Assembly: GCA_044869275.1 (NCBI GenBank)
Contig: JBIOXB010000204.1
Span: 1-30,996 of the forward strand
From: a bacterium
Lineage (GTDB): Bacteria > Zhuqueibacterota > Zhuqueibacteria > Zhuqueibacterales > Zhuqueibacteraceae
Direction of reading: 5' to 3'
DNA length: 30,996 bases
Shown: piece by piece, positions 18,794 to 26,709 of the stretch
Layout: each line of letters opens with the position of its first letter
How positions within the stretch are numbered: position 1 is the stretch's first letter
Position numbers and translations under genes: made by a program
Notes under the pieces: model-generated
What the model was told of the DNA's origin: nothing
The model's database searches: none
Seen by the model: the letters and a program-made list of their open reading frames with translations, nothing else

Positions 18794-19237
18794 TTAGGTG
18801 GAAGGCGGCACTGCTTTTCGGACTTTGGCCACAAGGTCGTCGACATCGAAAGGCTTATCGAACATCGCCAATGCTCCCCAATACTTCGCTTTGGCGTGAG
18901 TTTCCACATCTCCGAAGGCGGTAATCAGAATGAACGGCGGAAAATCGGGGCGCTTGCTCAGGCCTTCCAGAATTTCAAGTCCGGTGAGGCCGGGCATGCG
19001 AATATCAGAGATCACCAGATCCACCTGTTCATGCTCTTGGTCAGGAAGGATAAAGGAACCGAGATGCTCGAGCAGCTCGACGCCGTTGCCGCATTCGGTA
19101 ATCTTATATCCAGCTCTGCGCAGTGCAACGGCCAGAAGAGCGCGCATTTCCTTGTCGTCCTCCGCCAACAGGATATGCGGTGAAACCAATGCGGTGGAGC
19201 TGCTTTTCGGCATTTTTCCTTGTTCATTGGATCTCAT
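18794..19237 (-). CDS. Single-domain response regulator (REC)
   Basis: ILLAEDD, LVISDIRMPG, ITAFG, FDKPF; no output domain; ATG 19237 follows GGAG. Confidence 0.9.
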   Translation of the reverse strand: MRSNEQGKMPKSSSTALVSPHILLAEDDKEMRALLAVALRRAGYKITECGNGVELLEHLGSFILPDQEHEQVDLVISDIRMPGLTGLEILEGLSKRPDFPPFILITAFGDVETHAKAKYWGALAMFDKPFDVDDLVAKVRKAVPPST

Positions 19238-19402
19238 TTGCTTCTCCAATCGTATAGGTGGAGCGATGGGCTGTAGCTTCCACCTCTCCACTCGGTGCCC
19301 GGTTGGTTTGGTTTTGCTCGCCTTCCTGATCTTGCTGGTGGAGCGTCATGGTGATTTCTTTGCGCTCCGGTTCAACCGTCTCACAATTGCAGAGACCTCA
19401 TC

Positions 19403-19491
19403 GCAAGAAGAATGCCATGACTTTACTTCGACAAATCAAGAAGTTACTATGGTAAGAGCTGAGGCATTTTGCCGCAGCGAGGCATAATGCC
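19403..19491 (-). promoter_or_regulatory. Sigma54 promoter module P1 (-24/-12, IHF site, tandem enhancer boxes) upstream of the REC gene
   Basis: Minus strand TGGCATTCTTCTTGC (19417-19403); AATCAAGAAGTTA (19434-19446); GGCATTTTGCC (19463-19473) and GGCATAATGCC (19481-19491). Confidence 0.85.
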
Positions 19492-19598
19492 CCAGAACGC
19501 AGCGCAGGCATCAGTAGCTGGAGATATTGTGATGGGGGAGGCAAAAAGCGATGAAGGCGAGGTTTTATGGCTGGACGGCGCGCGTAATGCAAGCAACC

Positions 19599-20957
19599 TC
19601 ATTCCACGCCATACTGCTGCAATTTTCGGTACAGAGTCTTGCGGTTCAATCCCAATATGCGCGCGGCTTGCGTTCGGTTTCCGCCCACGCTTTGCAAGGC
19701 ATGCAGAATGTAACGCCGTTCCATCTCTTCAAGGGAAAGCAGCTCGTAGGGATTATTGCTGCCGATGACAACGGTTGCACCGTGATAGGCACGTATTTTC
19801 TCGGGAAAATCCTCCACGGCAAGCTTCTCATAACGCGTCAGAGCAATCGCGTGCTCGATGGCGTTGCGCAGCTCGCGGACATTGCCCGGCCAGGCATAGC
19901 CCAGCAGTTTCTCCGCGGCCTGGGGCGCAAGCCCGACCACCCTCTTATCGAAGCGCGTCGCATACTGTTCGATGAAATGTTGCGCCAGTAGGAGAATGTC
20001 GGCGCCACGTGCCCGCAGCGGCGGTACTGCGACCGGGATGACGTTCAGGCGATAAAACAGATCCTCGCGAAAACGGCCGTCTTCGACCGCGGCCTCCAGA
20101 TCGCGATTGGAAGCCGCAATGATGCGCGCATCGAAGCTCTGTTCGGAATCCCCGCCCACTGCGCGAATGCGCCGTTCCTCCAGCGCCCGCAAAAGTTTGG
20201 GCTGCAACGCCAAGGGCATTTCGCCGATTTCATCAAGAAAAAGAGTTCCGCCCTCCGCCTGCAGGAATAAGCCCTTGCGGTCCGACTTGGCGTCGGTAAA
20301 AGCGCCACGCTTATGGCCGAAAAGCTCGCTCTCCAGCAGCGTTTCCGGCACCGCGGAGCAGTTGATTGCAATGAATGGTCCGTTGCGCCTGCGGCTGCGG
20401 TTATGCAAAGCACGAGCAACCAGCTCCTTCCCCGTGCCACTCTCGCCGGTTACGAGAACGGCAGTATCGGTGTCTGCGATGCGCGTTAGGTGCGAAAACA
20501 ATTCACGCATCGCTGCGCTGTCGCCGACCAGATCGTCAAGGCGCAGCGATTGTTTGACCACCTCGCCGAGAGCCCTGACCCTCTCCTGTAGAGCGCGGTG
20601 CTTTGCCGCGCGTTCCAAGGCAATGGAGAGGATATCCAAATCAAAGGGCTTGGCGATAAAATCATAGGCGCCGGCGCGCAGCGCGGCAATCGCCGTATCC
20701 AAGCTGCCAAACGCCGTCATCACCACGACCGGCACGTCGGCGCGATTGGCCGCGACTCGTTCACAAAGCTCGAGGCCATTCATACCGGGCATGTTCAGAT
20801 CGGCCAAAACCACGTCGAAGTCTTCACTTTGTAAAGCCGCAAAGGCCTCTTGCGAGGAGGTGTGCCAGGCAACGGTAAATCCACGCCGGCGTAAATCAAC
20901 CTCGAGCAGCTCACACATGTTTTGGTCGTCATCTGCAATCAATATTCGTCCGTTCAT
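19599..20957 (-). CDS. Sigma54-dependent NtrC/ZraR/AtoC-family response regulator (REC-AAA+-Fis HTH)
   Basis: REC domain, GESGTGKE, ESELFGH, GAFTDA, LFLDEIGE, FREDLFYRL, WPGNVREL, AARILG..RKTLYRKL. Confidence 0.95.
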   Translation of the reverse strand: MNGRILIADDDQNMCELLEVDLRRRGFTVAWHTSSQEAFAALQSEDFDVVLADLNMPGMNGLELCERVAANRADVPVVVMTAFGSLDTAIAALRAGAYDFIAKPFDLDILSIALERAAKHRALQERVRALGEVVKQSLRLDDLVGDSAAMRELFSHLTRIADTDTAVLVTGESGTGKELVARALHNRSRRRNGPFIAINCSAVPETLLESELFGHKRGAFTDAKSDRKGLFLQAEGGTLFLDEIGEMPLALQPKLLRALEERRIRAVGGDSEQSFDARIIAASNRDLEAAVEDGRFREDLFYRLNVIPVAVPPLRARGADILLLAQHFIEQYATRFDKRVVGLAPQAAEKLLGYAWPGNVRELRNAIEHAIALTRYEKLAVEDFPEKIRAYHGATVVIGSNNPYELLSLEEMERRYILHALQSVGGNRTQAARILGLNRKTLYRKLQQYGVE

Positions 20958-22420
20958 GTGTTGGCCTCCAGCGGCAAATAGACCGTAAAGCAGGTGCCCG
21001 TGCCGGGCCTGCTCTCGACTTCGATCCAGCCGCCATGCTCTTCTACGATGCCATGAGCGATCGAGAGTCCCAACCCTGTGCCTTTGCCCACTTCTTTGGT
21101 CGTAAAAAAGGGCTCGAATATGCGTTGCTTGTTTTCTTCGGATATTCCCACACCTTCGTCGCGAACATGAATCGCGACATACTTGTTTTCCGCACCGCTT
21201 GCAAAAGCCGGTGGGCGCGCGCGCGCCATATTGATGCCCAGCTCCAGCCGGCCGCCGTTGGGCATGGCCTGGATGCCGTTCATGATCAGATTCGTTAGGA
21301 CCTGTTGTATTTGCGCGTGATCGATGGCAATCATGGGGATATCGCCGCTTTCAGCCAACTCGAGAGTTACACTATGCTTGAGGGCCGTCGCATTGAGCAG
21401 GTCGAGCACCTGGTGAATTGTGGTCCGAATATCGCTCGGGGACCGCTTCGCCGTGCGACGCCGGGCGAAGTCCAGGAGCTGTCGCATGATCCTGCTCATG
21501 CGATCAACCTGCTCGCGGATGATGCGCGAATTCTCAATGATGGCTTCTCTTTCGAGGTCTGCTGCGGCAATAAGCTTGGCCCTCCCGGTAACGACGTTAA
21601 GCGGCGTGCCCAGTTCGTGGGCAATTCCCGCGGAAAGCCGGCCGATCGTGGCCAGGCGTTCGGCATGGCGCAATTGTTCGAGAGCTGCGATCCGCGCTTC
21701 GGTTTCTTTGCGTATATCCTCTTGCGCGGCAGAGAGCTGCTCGCACATTCGATTCATGGCGACGGCGAGATCGGACAACTCATCGTGTCCGTGTAATACC
21801 AGATCGGCTGACAAGTCGCCCGCGCCAATCCTGCGCGTCTTTCCCATCAATTCCTTGAGCGGACGCCCGATGAATCTTGATCCGGATATCCACACCACGA
21901 TTCCACCTGCCGACAACAACAAGGCCGTCAGCGTCGCTGACCGCACGATCGAATGACCGGTGTAAGTGCGCAAGGTCTCGAGCGATTCACGCACCTCGAG
22001 CGCGCCTGCTCGCCCGTTGTCGACCTCGACGGGAACATATGTATAAATTTCGCCGGCACCGTTTTTCTGGTTCTCTCTGAACCAGACTTCTTGCCCTGCC
22101 AGAACGGCATTCAATCTGTCTCTTGGGAGGCGAGGAGCAAAGGGGTCGTGGGGTGAGGCGTCGAGCCAGACCCAACGGATTTTAATTTGTTTTTCATCTT
22201 TGTTGACTTCGTCGATCAGCTCGAGTGCATGTTGCGGGCCGTTGTGCCGCCAGGCTTCGGATACGAGCTGCTGCAAGGCATGACCCAGGAGTACAGTATC
22301 GTGCCTTAAGTCATTTTCATACAGCTTGATCTCCTGCCGGACGGAGAGGTAGCTGTCAATCACCAGCAAAATGAGAATGACCAGAAAGACGATACCCACT
22401 ATTTTAAAAGAAAGTTTCAT
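20954..22420 (-). CDS. Membrane sensor histidine kinase (2 TM, HAMP, HisKA, HATPase)
   Basis: DELSDLAVAMNRM (HAMP), AHELGTPLN H-box, QVLTNL..N, DEGVGI, FEPFFTTK, GTGLGL; 4-nt ATGA overlap with the regulator. Confidence 0.95.
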   Translation of the reverse strand: MKLSFKIVGIVFLVILILLVIDSYLSVRQEIKLYENDLRHDTVLLGHALQQLVSEAWRHNGPQHALELIDEVNKDEKQIKIRWVWLDASPHDPFAPRLPRDRLNAVLAGQEVWFRENQKNGAGEIYTYVPVEVDNGRAGALEVRESLETLRTYTGHSIVRSATLTALLLSAGGIVVWISGSRFIGRPLKELMGKTRRIGAGDLSADLVLHGHDELSDLAVAMNRMCEQLSAAQEDIRKETEARIAALEQLRHAERLATIGRLSAGIAHELGTPLNVVTGRAKLIAAADLEREAIIENSRIIREQVDRMSRIMRQLLDFARRRTAKRSPSDIRTTIHQVLDLLNATALKHSVTLELAESGDIPMIAIDHAQIQQVLTNLIMNGIQAMPNGGRLELGINMARARPPAFASGAENKYVAIHVRDEGVGISEENKQRIFEPFFTTKEVGKGTGLGLSIAHGIVEEHGGWIEVESRPGTGTCFTVYLPLEANT

Positions 22421-22546
22421 TATTGGCTCACATCAGTTTTCGGGTAAGATAAAAAAAGTCTGGTCAAAGGCAAGCGCAGGAACAGGTGAGGGATATTTTC
22501 GGTGAAAATTCGTGGAATATTCACGACCTCGACGCATGGATTTGAA

Positions 22547-22580
22547 GAGGCTCGGCGCGAAAACAATCTCACCAAGCCTC
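22547..22580 (-). terminator. Stem-loop just downstream of the acid phosphatase gene
   Basis: Minus strand GAGGCTTGGTGAGA / TCGCGCCGAGCCTC pairs with two G-U wobbles that form only on this strand; weak U-tract. Confidence 0.45.
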
Positions 22581-22589
22581 CCACTCGAC

Positions 22590-23474
22590 TCATTTCGCTG
22601 ACAGCTTCATTCCCGTTGCGCGCAAATTCAACATGGGTTGATCTCCAAGAAGCTTTTCCCATTCTCCATAGAGCGGGTTGGGCAGCACAAACCAATCGAC
22701 GCCCCAGTGACACTCGGCTTCATCGACACGGGAAAATCGAATTTGCATCGCCTGCAAAAGAACGTCTTTGCTCGTGGATTCCAATTTCGGCGCCACAAAC
22801 GTTTCCGAAAAATCACGCAGGTTATCGCCGACATAGAGCAAGACATTGCGGCTCGCCGCCACGGCTTCGCGCCGGGCAGATTTATCTGATGATGCGCCTT
22901 TTCTTTTGAGCAGAAGGCGCTTGCTGATATCCTGGGTGTTGATACCCAATCTCTCCAGCGCTTTGATCGTGAATTGCCGATTTTCTTCCGACCGGTTGGA
23001 GATGTAGTAAACGGCCACGCCTTTACTCTCCGCTTTCTCTATAAAGCCTTTCGCGCCAGGAACCAGCGCCACTTCATCATAAAAATCTCGCTCAAAGACC
23101 TCCCAATCGGCCTCCGAATATTCCCGGTTGTGCTGATATAGAAAGCTCTGGAATGCAGAGTTATCGAAGACCGTTTCATCCAAATCCATCACAATCGCTG
23201 GTTTGGTATGGGATTGTTTGTCGTCTGCCAGCATGGTCTCAAGGCGCATTTCTGCACTTCGGTAAATCTGCAGGCAGCAGGCGCGATACTCTGCAGCGGT
23301 CTGCATGTAGAAGTTGCTCCCCAATCGCCAGGACATTGGGAAAGGAGGCTCTTTTTTCTGTGCCATAAGCTCGTCTGCAGAAGTCATCTTGACCACCACG
23401 GGGCTTGCGCCGAGTCCCATGACAAAGCAGATCAGATAGGGCCAGAGCTTTCTTATATTACGATTCGCTTGCAT
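22590..23474 (-). CDS. Class C acid phosphatase / 5'-nucleotidase, e(P4) family (HAD)
   Basis: DLDETVFDNS, ISNR, GDNLRDF, LPNPLYGEWE; N-terminal hydrophobic segment. Confidence 0.9.
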   Translation of the reverse strand: MQANRNIRKLWPYLICFVMGLGASPVVVKMTSADELMAQKKEPPFPMSWRLGSNFYMQTAAEYRACCLQIYRSAEMRLETMLADDKQSHTKPAIVMDLDETVFDNSAFQSFLYQHNREYSEADWEVFERDFYDEVALVPGAKGFIEKAESKGVAVYYISNRSEENRQFTIKALERLGINTQDISKRLLLKRKGASSDKSARREAVAASRNVLLYVGDNLRDFSETFVAPKLESTSKDVLLQAMQIRFSRVDEAECHWGVDWFVLPNPLYGEWEKLLGDQPMLNLRATGMKLSAK

Positions 23475-23518
23475 GAAACGACTCCAGTTTCTATAAAAAT
23501 TTGTGGCTCCCCGTCATG

Positions 23519-23636
23519 CAGACTGTGTGAAAACGCTTGGTTCCAACGCCGGCTGAGCTTGTCGAAGCCGGGTTTTTGAACTTAGCACCCTTCGACAAGC
23601 TCAGGGTGCGGCATTCCCAAGTTTTCACACAGTCTG
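23519..23636. mobile_element. 118-bp MITE with 16-bp terminal inverted repeats enclosing a REP-like doublet
   Basis: CAGACTGTGTGAAAAC (23519-23534) / GTTTTCACACAGTCTG (23621-23636); ATG on both flanks; two inverted GAGCTTGTCGA-core hairpins inside. Confidence 0.85.
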
Positions 23637-23826
23637 ATGCATGTTGAACGAAACAAAACAAAATTGGTAGCGGAGAGCAATGGCAACAAGGAATTTGTGA
23701 ACAGTATCTCTCCCGCAGCAGCCAGCTTGAACCTTTCCATTTTTGAGGGGGCAGGAAGGCTCCTGCTGCAGGAGATTGTGCTGACAAGATAGTGACGAAA
23801 ACGGAAAAAGCAATCACAAAGATACT

Positions 23827-24327
23827 CTACAAAAGTCTCTTACTAAGTTGATCCACTCTTTTTAAGAGGGTTGGGATTCTGTGCTCACCATGCAAGCGCA
23901 TGATAAAACCTTTTGCTTCTATTTCATTGATGCCAACCGCAGTCACATACAGTGCGCGTTTGCTTCCTCCTCTAAAAATCTCTGTTTCAGAAGGCGTGTC
24001 TTTGAACCGGCTCTTGGCCACACCGATGATGACGGATTTTCCCTCAAGCGCATCATACAAATGCTTGCCGATGCCGGGCTTTTGATTGCCGTCAAGATAG
24101 ACATAACCGTCAATGACGATGAATTCCGGTAATTGCTCGAGCTGTTGCAAAAGCGCCAAGACACAAGGCAGCTCACGTTTGTAGAATTGGCCCGGTTCAT
24201 ACTCTGCAACCGTGAGAATGGGAGCGCTCAATTCTTTGACAGACTCACTATCCTGCCAGTTTTGAAATAACACCCCTGCTGCAACGGCCCCGTCCTTTCG
24301 ATAATCGACATCAACGGCAAGAATCAT
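23827..24327 (-). CDS. nfi: Endonuclease V family protein (short form), copy 1
   Basis: AVDV.Y, YEPGQFYKRELP wedge/Glu motif, IDGYV, IGVAKS, LYVT, RIP..LKRVD. Confidence 0.88.
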   Translation of the reverse strand: MILAVDVDYRKDGAVAAGVLFQNWQDSESVKELSAPILTVAEYEPGQFYKRELPCVLALLQQLEQLPEFIVIDGYVYLDGNQKPGIGKHLYDALEGKSVIIGVAKSRFKDTPSETEIFRGGSKRALYVTAVGINEIEAKGFIMRLHGEHRIPTLLKRVDQLSKRLL

Positions 24328-24425
24328 AGCAACTCAAGCGAAAATAAAGCGCTTATGGCGATGAGCAACTGGTACGCTGTCATCTTAATTCATGTAACCA
24401 CTTGACTATGTCATTCAGAAGGAAT

Positions 24426-24526
24426 CAGACTGTGTGAAAACATGGGAATGCCGCACCCTGAGCTTGTCGAAGGGTGCTAAGTTCAAGAAATCCGGCTTCG
24501 ACAAGCTCAGCCGGCGTTGAAACCAA
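24426..24526. mobile_element. Second, inverted and one-end-truncated copy of the MITE
   Basis: Near-identical to the reverse complement of 23519-23636 but missing the second terminal repeat. Confidence 0.85.
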
Positions 24527-24591
24527 CTAAAAATCTGGAACCGAAACTGGATACGCTGCTGGATATCGTTGCGAATGGCTTTGTATTCTTC
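24526..24591 (-). pseudogene. 66-bp fragment of a paralogue of the 25198-25734 gene
   Basis: 58/66 nt identical to 25627-25692; encodes EEYKAIRNDIQQRIQFRFQIFS versus EEYKTLRNDIQQRIQFRFQLFS. Confidence 0.85.
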
Positions 24592-24597
24592 TTTAAA

Positions 24598-25170
24598 TCA
24601 GAAAGCAAATACGTGAATAACCCCCAACACCATGGAAACCACAAACATCGTTCCGTAAAACCATTTGGCATCTTTGTATGAGATCACCATCCAGCCTCGG
24701 AATTCGTTTGTATTGATAAGATACTCATCCAAGAAAGATTGGTCGGTTTTTCCCTCTGCCGTTTTGGTGTAAAACCAGCCGACGACATCGAAGAACGGAA
24801 AGCGCTTGCCTTCGATATCCTTTTCACCCCGCAACACCAGGTGCTCGAATGCCTCGCTGTTCAGGAAGTGAGAAAGGTGGCGTTCTCGCCGGCTGCATCG
24901 CAGCAGGTGCTTGCGCCAGTTGTAGTCCATCACCCAAAACAGCAGGGGAATCAGGCCGGTCAGAAAAATAAGCCCCATCTTCATTCTCGCGGAAAGATCG
25001 CTCAAATATTGCACAATAAGATACAGACTGCCGCCCCAAAACACAAAACCAAAGTTCTTGGTCTTGAAGATAATGTCGTCCAAGTTCTTGATAGTGCTGT
25101 GAATCAGCTCGATTTCTTTTAGGAGCAGTTCCCAGCGGTGTTGGCGACGGTAGGCGGAGAGGTCTTCCAT
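24598..25170 (-). CDS. Hypothetical membrane protein (about 3 TM)
   Basis: 190-aa ORF: amphipathic N-helix (LLKEIELIHSTIKNLD), TM hairpin, soluble loop, C-terminal TM. Confidence 0.75.
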   Translation of the reverse strand: MEDLSAYRRQHRWELLLKEIELIHSTIKNLDDIIFKTKNFGFVFWGGSLYLIVQYLSDLSARMKMGLIFLTGLIPLLFWVMDYNWRKHLLRCSRRERHLSHFLNSEAFEHLVLRGEKDIEGKRFPFFDVVGWFYTKTAEGKTDQSFLDEYLINTNEFRGWMVISYKDAKWFYGTMFVVSMVLGVIHVFAF

Positions 25171-25197
25171 GAATGGTTGACACCTGTTAAAGGAATT

Positions 25198-25734
25198 TCA
25201 GCGCTTCATTCGGCCATGCACAACCAGTAGGACCAAGGTAATGACCGTGGCGGCGATGGCAATAATTTTCAACAGACCAGTCAATGAATCTGCTGCTGGG
25301 TTCTTGATTTGTATGGTCCACCCCAATGTGATCGCCAATATTTGCGAAACGACAATCAAGCCACTGGTGGCGAATAAGCCGATCAAGCTAAACCCGGAAA
25401 ATCGCTTCGACTCCCGGTTGATGGTTTGTTCCCATGCCAAGCCGGACAGCTTTGGCTCGATTTCGTCGCGGATATAGCGCGCCAGTTTGATCATGATGAC
25501 GCCCTGGTGCACCCAACTTAAGGCGAGAAACAAGGCGATCACCGGGTAAATCAGCAACGGCATGGGCGAAGGCGTTTCGCCCTGCAGTCCCAGCGGGAAC
25601 AAAGCTCCCATGGCGACAAGCAACAGACTAAAAAGCTGAAACCGGAACTGGATACGCTGCTGGATGTCGTTGCGCAGCGTTTTGTATTCTTCCAAAAGAG
25701 CCTGGAAGTAGATATTGTCCGGTTTGTCAGTCAT
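25198..25734 (-). CDS. Hypothetical membrane protein (about 4 TM)
   Basis: 178-aa ORF: LEEYKTLRNDI helix, TM hairpin, LARYIRDEIEP..WE helix, two more TMs. Confidence 0.78.
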   Translation of the reverse strand: MTDKPDNIYFQALLEEYKTLRNDIQQRIQFRFQLFSLLLVAMGALFPLGLQGETPSPMPLLIYPVIALFLALSWVHQGVIMIKLARYIRDEIEPKLSGLAWEQTINRESKRFSGFSLIGLFATSGLIVVSQILAITLGWTIQIKNPAADSLTGLLKIIAIAATVITLVLLVVHGRMKR

Positions 25735-25830
25735 AGATGTGCCACGTTTTTATCATTGCAGGGCCTGGTAGAATGTCTTTTCTATTGACAGAAAAAGCAA
25801 CTTTACAGTGCTGCCGATTTGGCTGTACAA

Positions 25831-26058
25831 CCTAACCCGGACGAGCGGGAACCAAAAAAACAAAAGCGCATCCCGAAATTTCGGGACAGAGACGCAAAGT
25901 CTTTTGCTTTTCTTTGCGCAGCCTTTGCGTCTTTGCGTGACTGCTTTTAACACGATTATAGAATCAAACATAGAACAAAATTCCGAAATTTTCGCCCACG
26001 GAAAAAGAACTCCCACGGAAAGAAGTTTTTAGTTTCCGTTCCCTTTCCGTGGGCGAAA
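25831..26058. repeat. Cluster of different palindromic repeats
   Basis: CCTAACCCGGACGAGCGGGAACCAAAA (25831-); perfect palindrome TCCCGAAATTTCGGGA (25871-25886); GACGCAAAG/CTTTGCGTC (25891-25931); 15-bp IR TTTCGCCCACGGAAA/TTTCCGTGGGCGAAA (25990-26058). Confidence 0.75.
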
Positions 26059-26115
26059 GCTTTGCTGCTCGAAAAGCTTCGGTTTTTTGCGCTGAGTTTA
26101 TTCTTTAGAGACTAA

Positions 26116-26709
26116 TTACTGCTTTGTTTCTTTTGCTTTACTCTCAAGCTCATCAACAGTAACTTTCAGGGTTCTTTTCTGCCAATTATTCACCCAAACC
26201 CCAAATATGAAACTTGCCAACCAGGCAGTTATAAAGAACCAGGATGCACTTGTATTCAACTTTCCTGAGCTGATTAGGCCGACAGCGCTAACATATATCC
26301 ATCCACTCATGACCGTTGGGTAAATTACTAAAGCAGCACCCGCCGCACCAAGAAAACCTCCGAGGGCGGCATGTTGCCGAAAATTGAAAGCTCCGTATTG
26401 CCACAAGTCGGGGACAAGCTCTTTTTCCAATCTTTTTGCGCAGGCAATAAGGCCTCTGCATTTTTGGATTCCGCGAAGTTCGTAGAAGAATAAACCAATA
26501 GTGATAAGCGCTCCGAAAATCCCAACAGAGAAAAGATGAATGAACAACTCACCGGCAGGTTTCTTATCACTGAAAAGAAAAAATATGCCGGCGCCTGAGG
26601 CAATCGGAAGCGAGGCCAATAATTTGGCTCTAAAATCAGCGATCTGATCATGGGAAGCACAAATTCGCTCATAAGCTGCTTTTATGCTTTCCAATTTTGT
26701 TTCAGCCAT
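26116..26709 (-). CDS. Hypothetical membrane protein (about 4 TM)
   Basis: Start MAETK overlaps the upstream stop (8 nt); YERICASHDQIADFRAKLL helix, TM hairpin, YELRG..AKRLEKEL helix, two more TMs. Confidence 0.75.
   Translation of the reverse strand: MAETKLESIKAAYERICASHDQIADFRAKLLASLPIASGAGIFFLFSDKKPAGELFIHLFSVGIFGALITIGLFFYELRGIQKCRGLIACAKRLEKELVPDLWQYGAFNFRQHAALGGFLGAAGAALVIYPTVMSGWIYVSAVGLISSGKLNTSASWFFITAWLASFIFGVWVNNWQKRTLKVTVDELESKAKETKQ

Noticed and set aside
4154..22909. Numerous long plus-strand and alternate-frame ORFs (e.g. 8534-9346, 13243-13938, 15371-16171)
   Set aside because: Antisense or frame shadows of well-supported GC-rich minus-strand genes; no motifs of their own.
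23491..23817. 108-aa ORF, and likewise 25753-26016
   Set aside because: Both read through MITE or palindromic repeats (LSLSK, TQRRK-type peptides) and are most likely spurious.
23519..24526. CRISPR array
   Set aside because: Repeats are inverted doublets inside a TIR element, not regularly spaced direct repeats with unique spacers; no cas genes.
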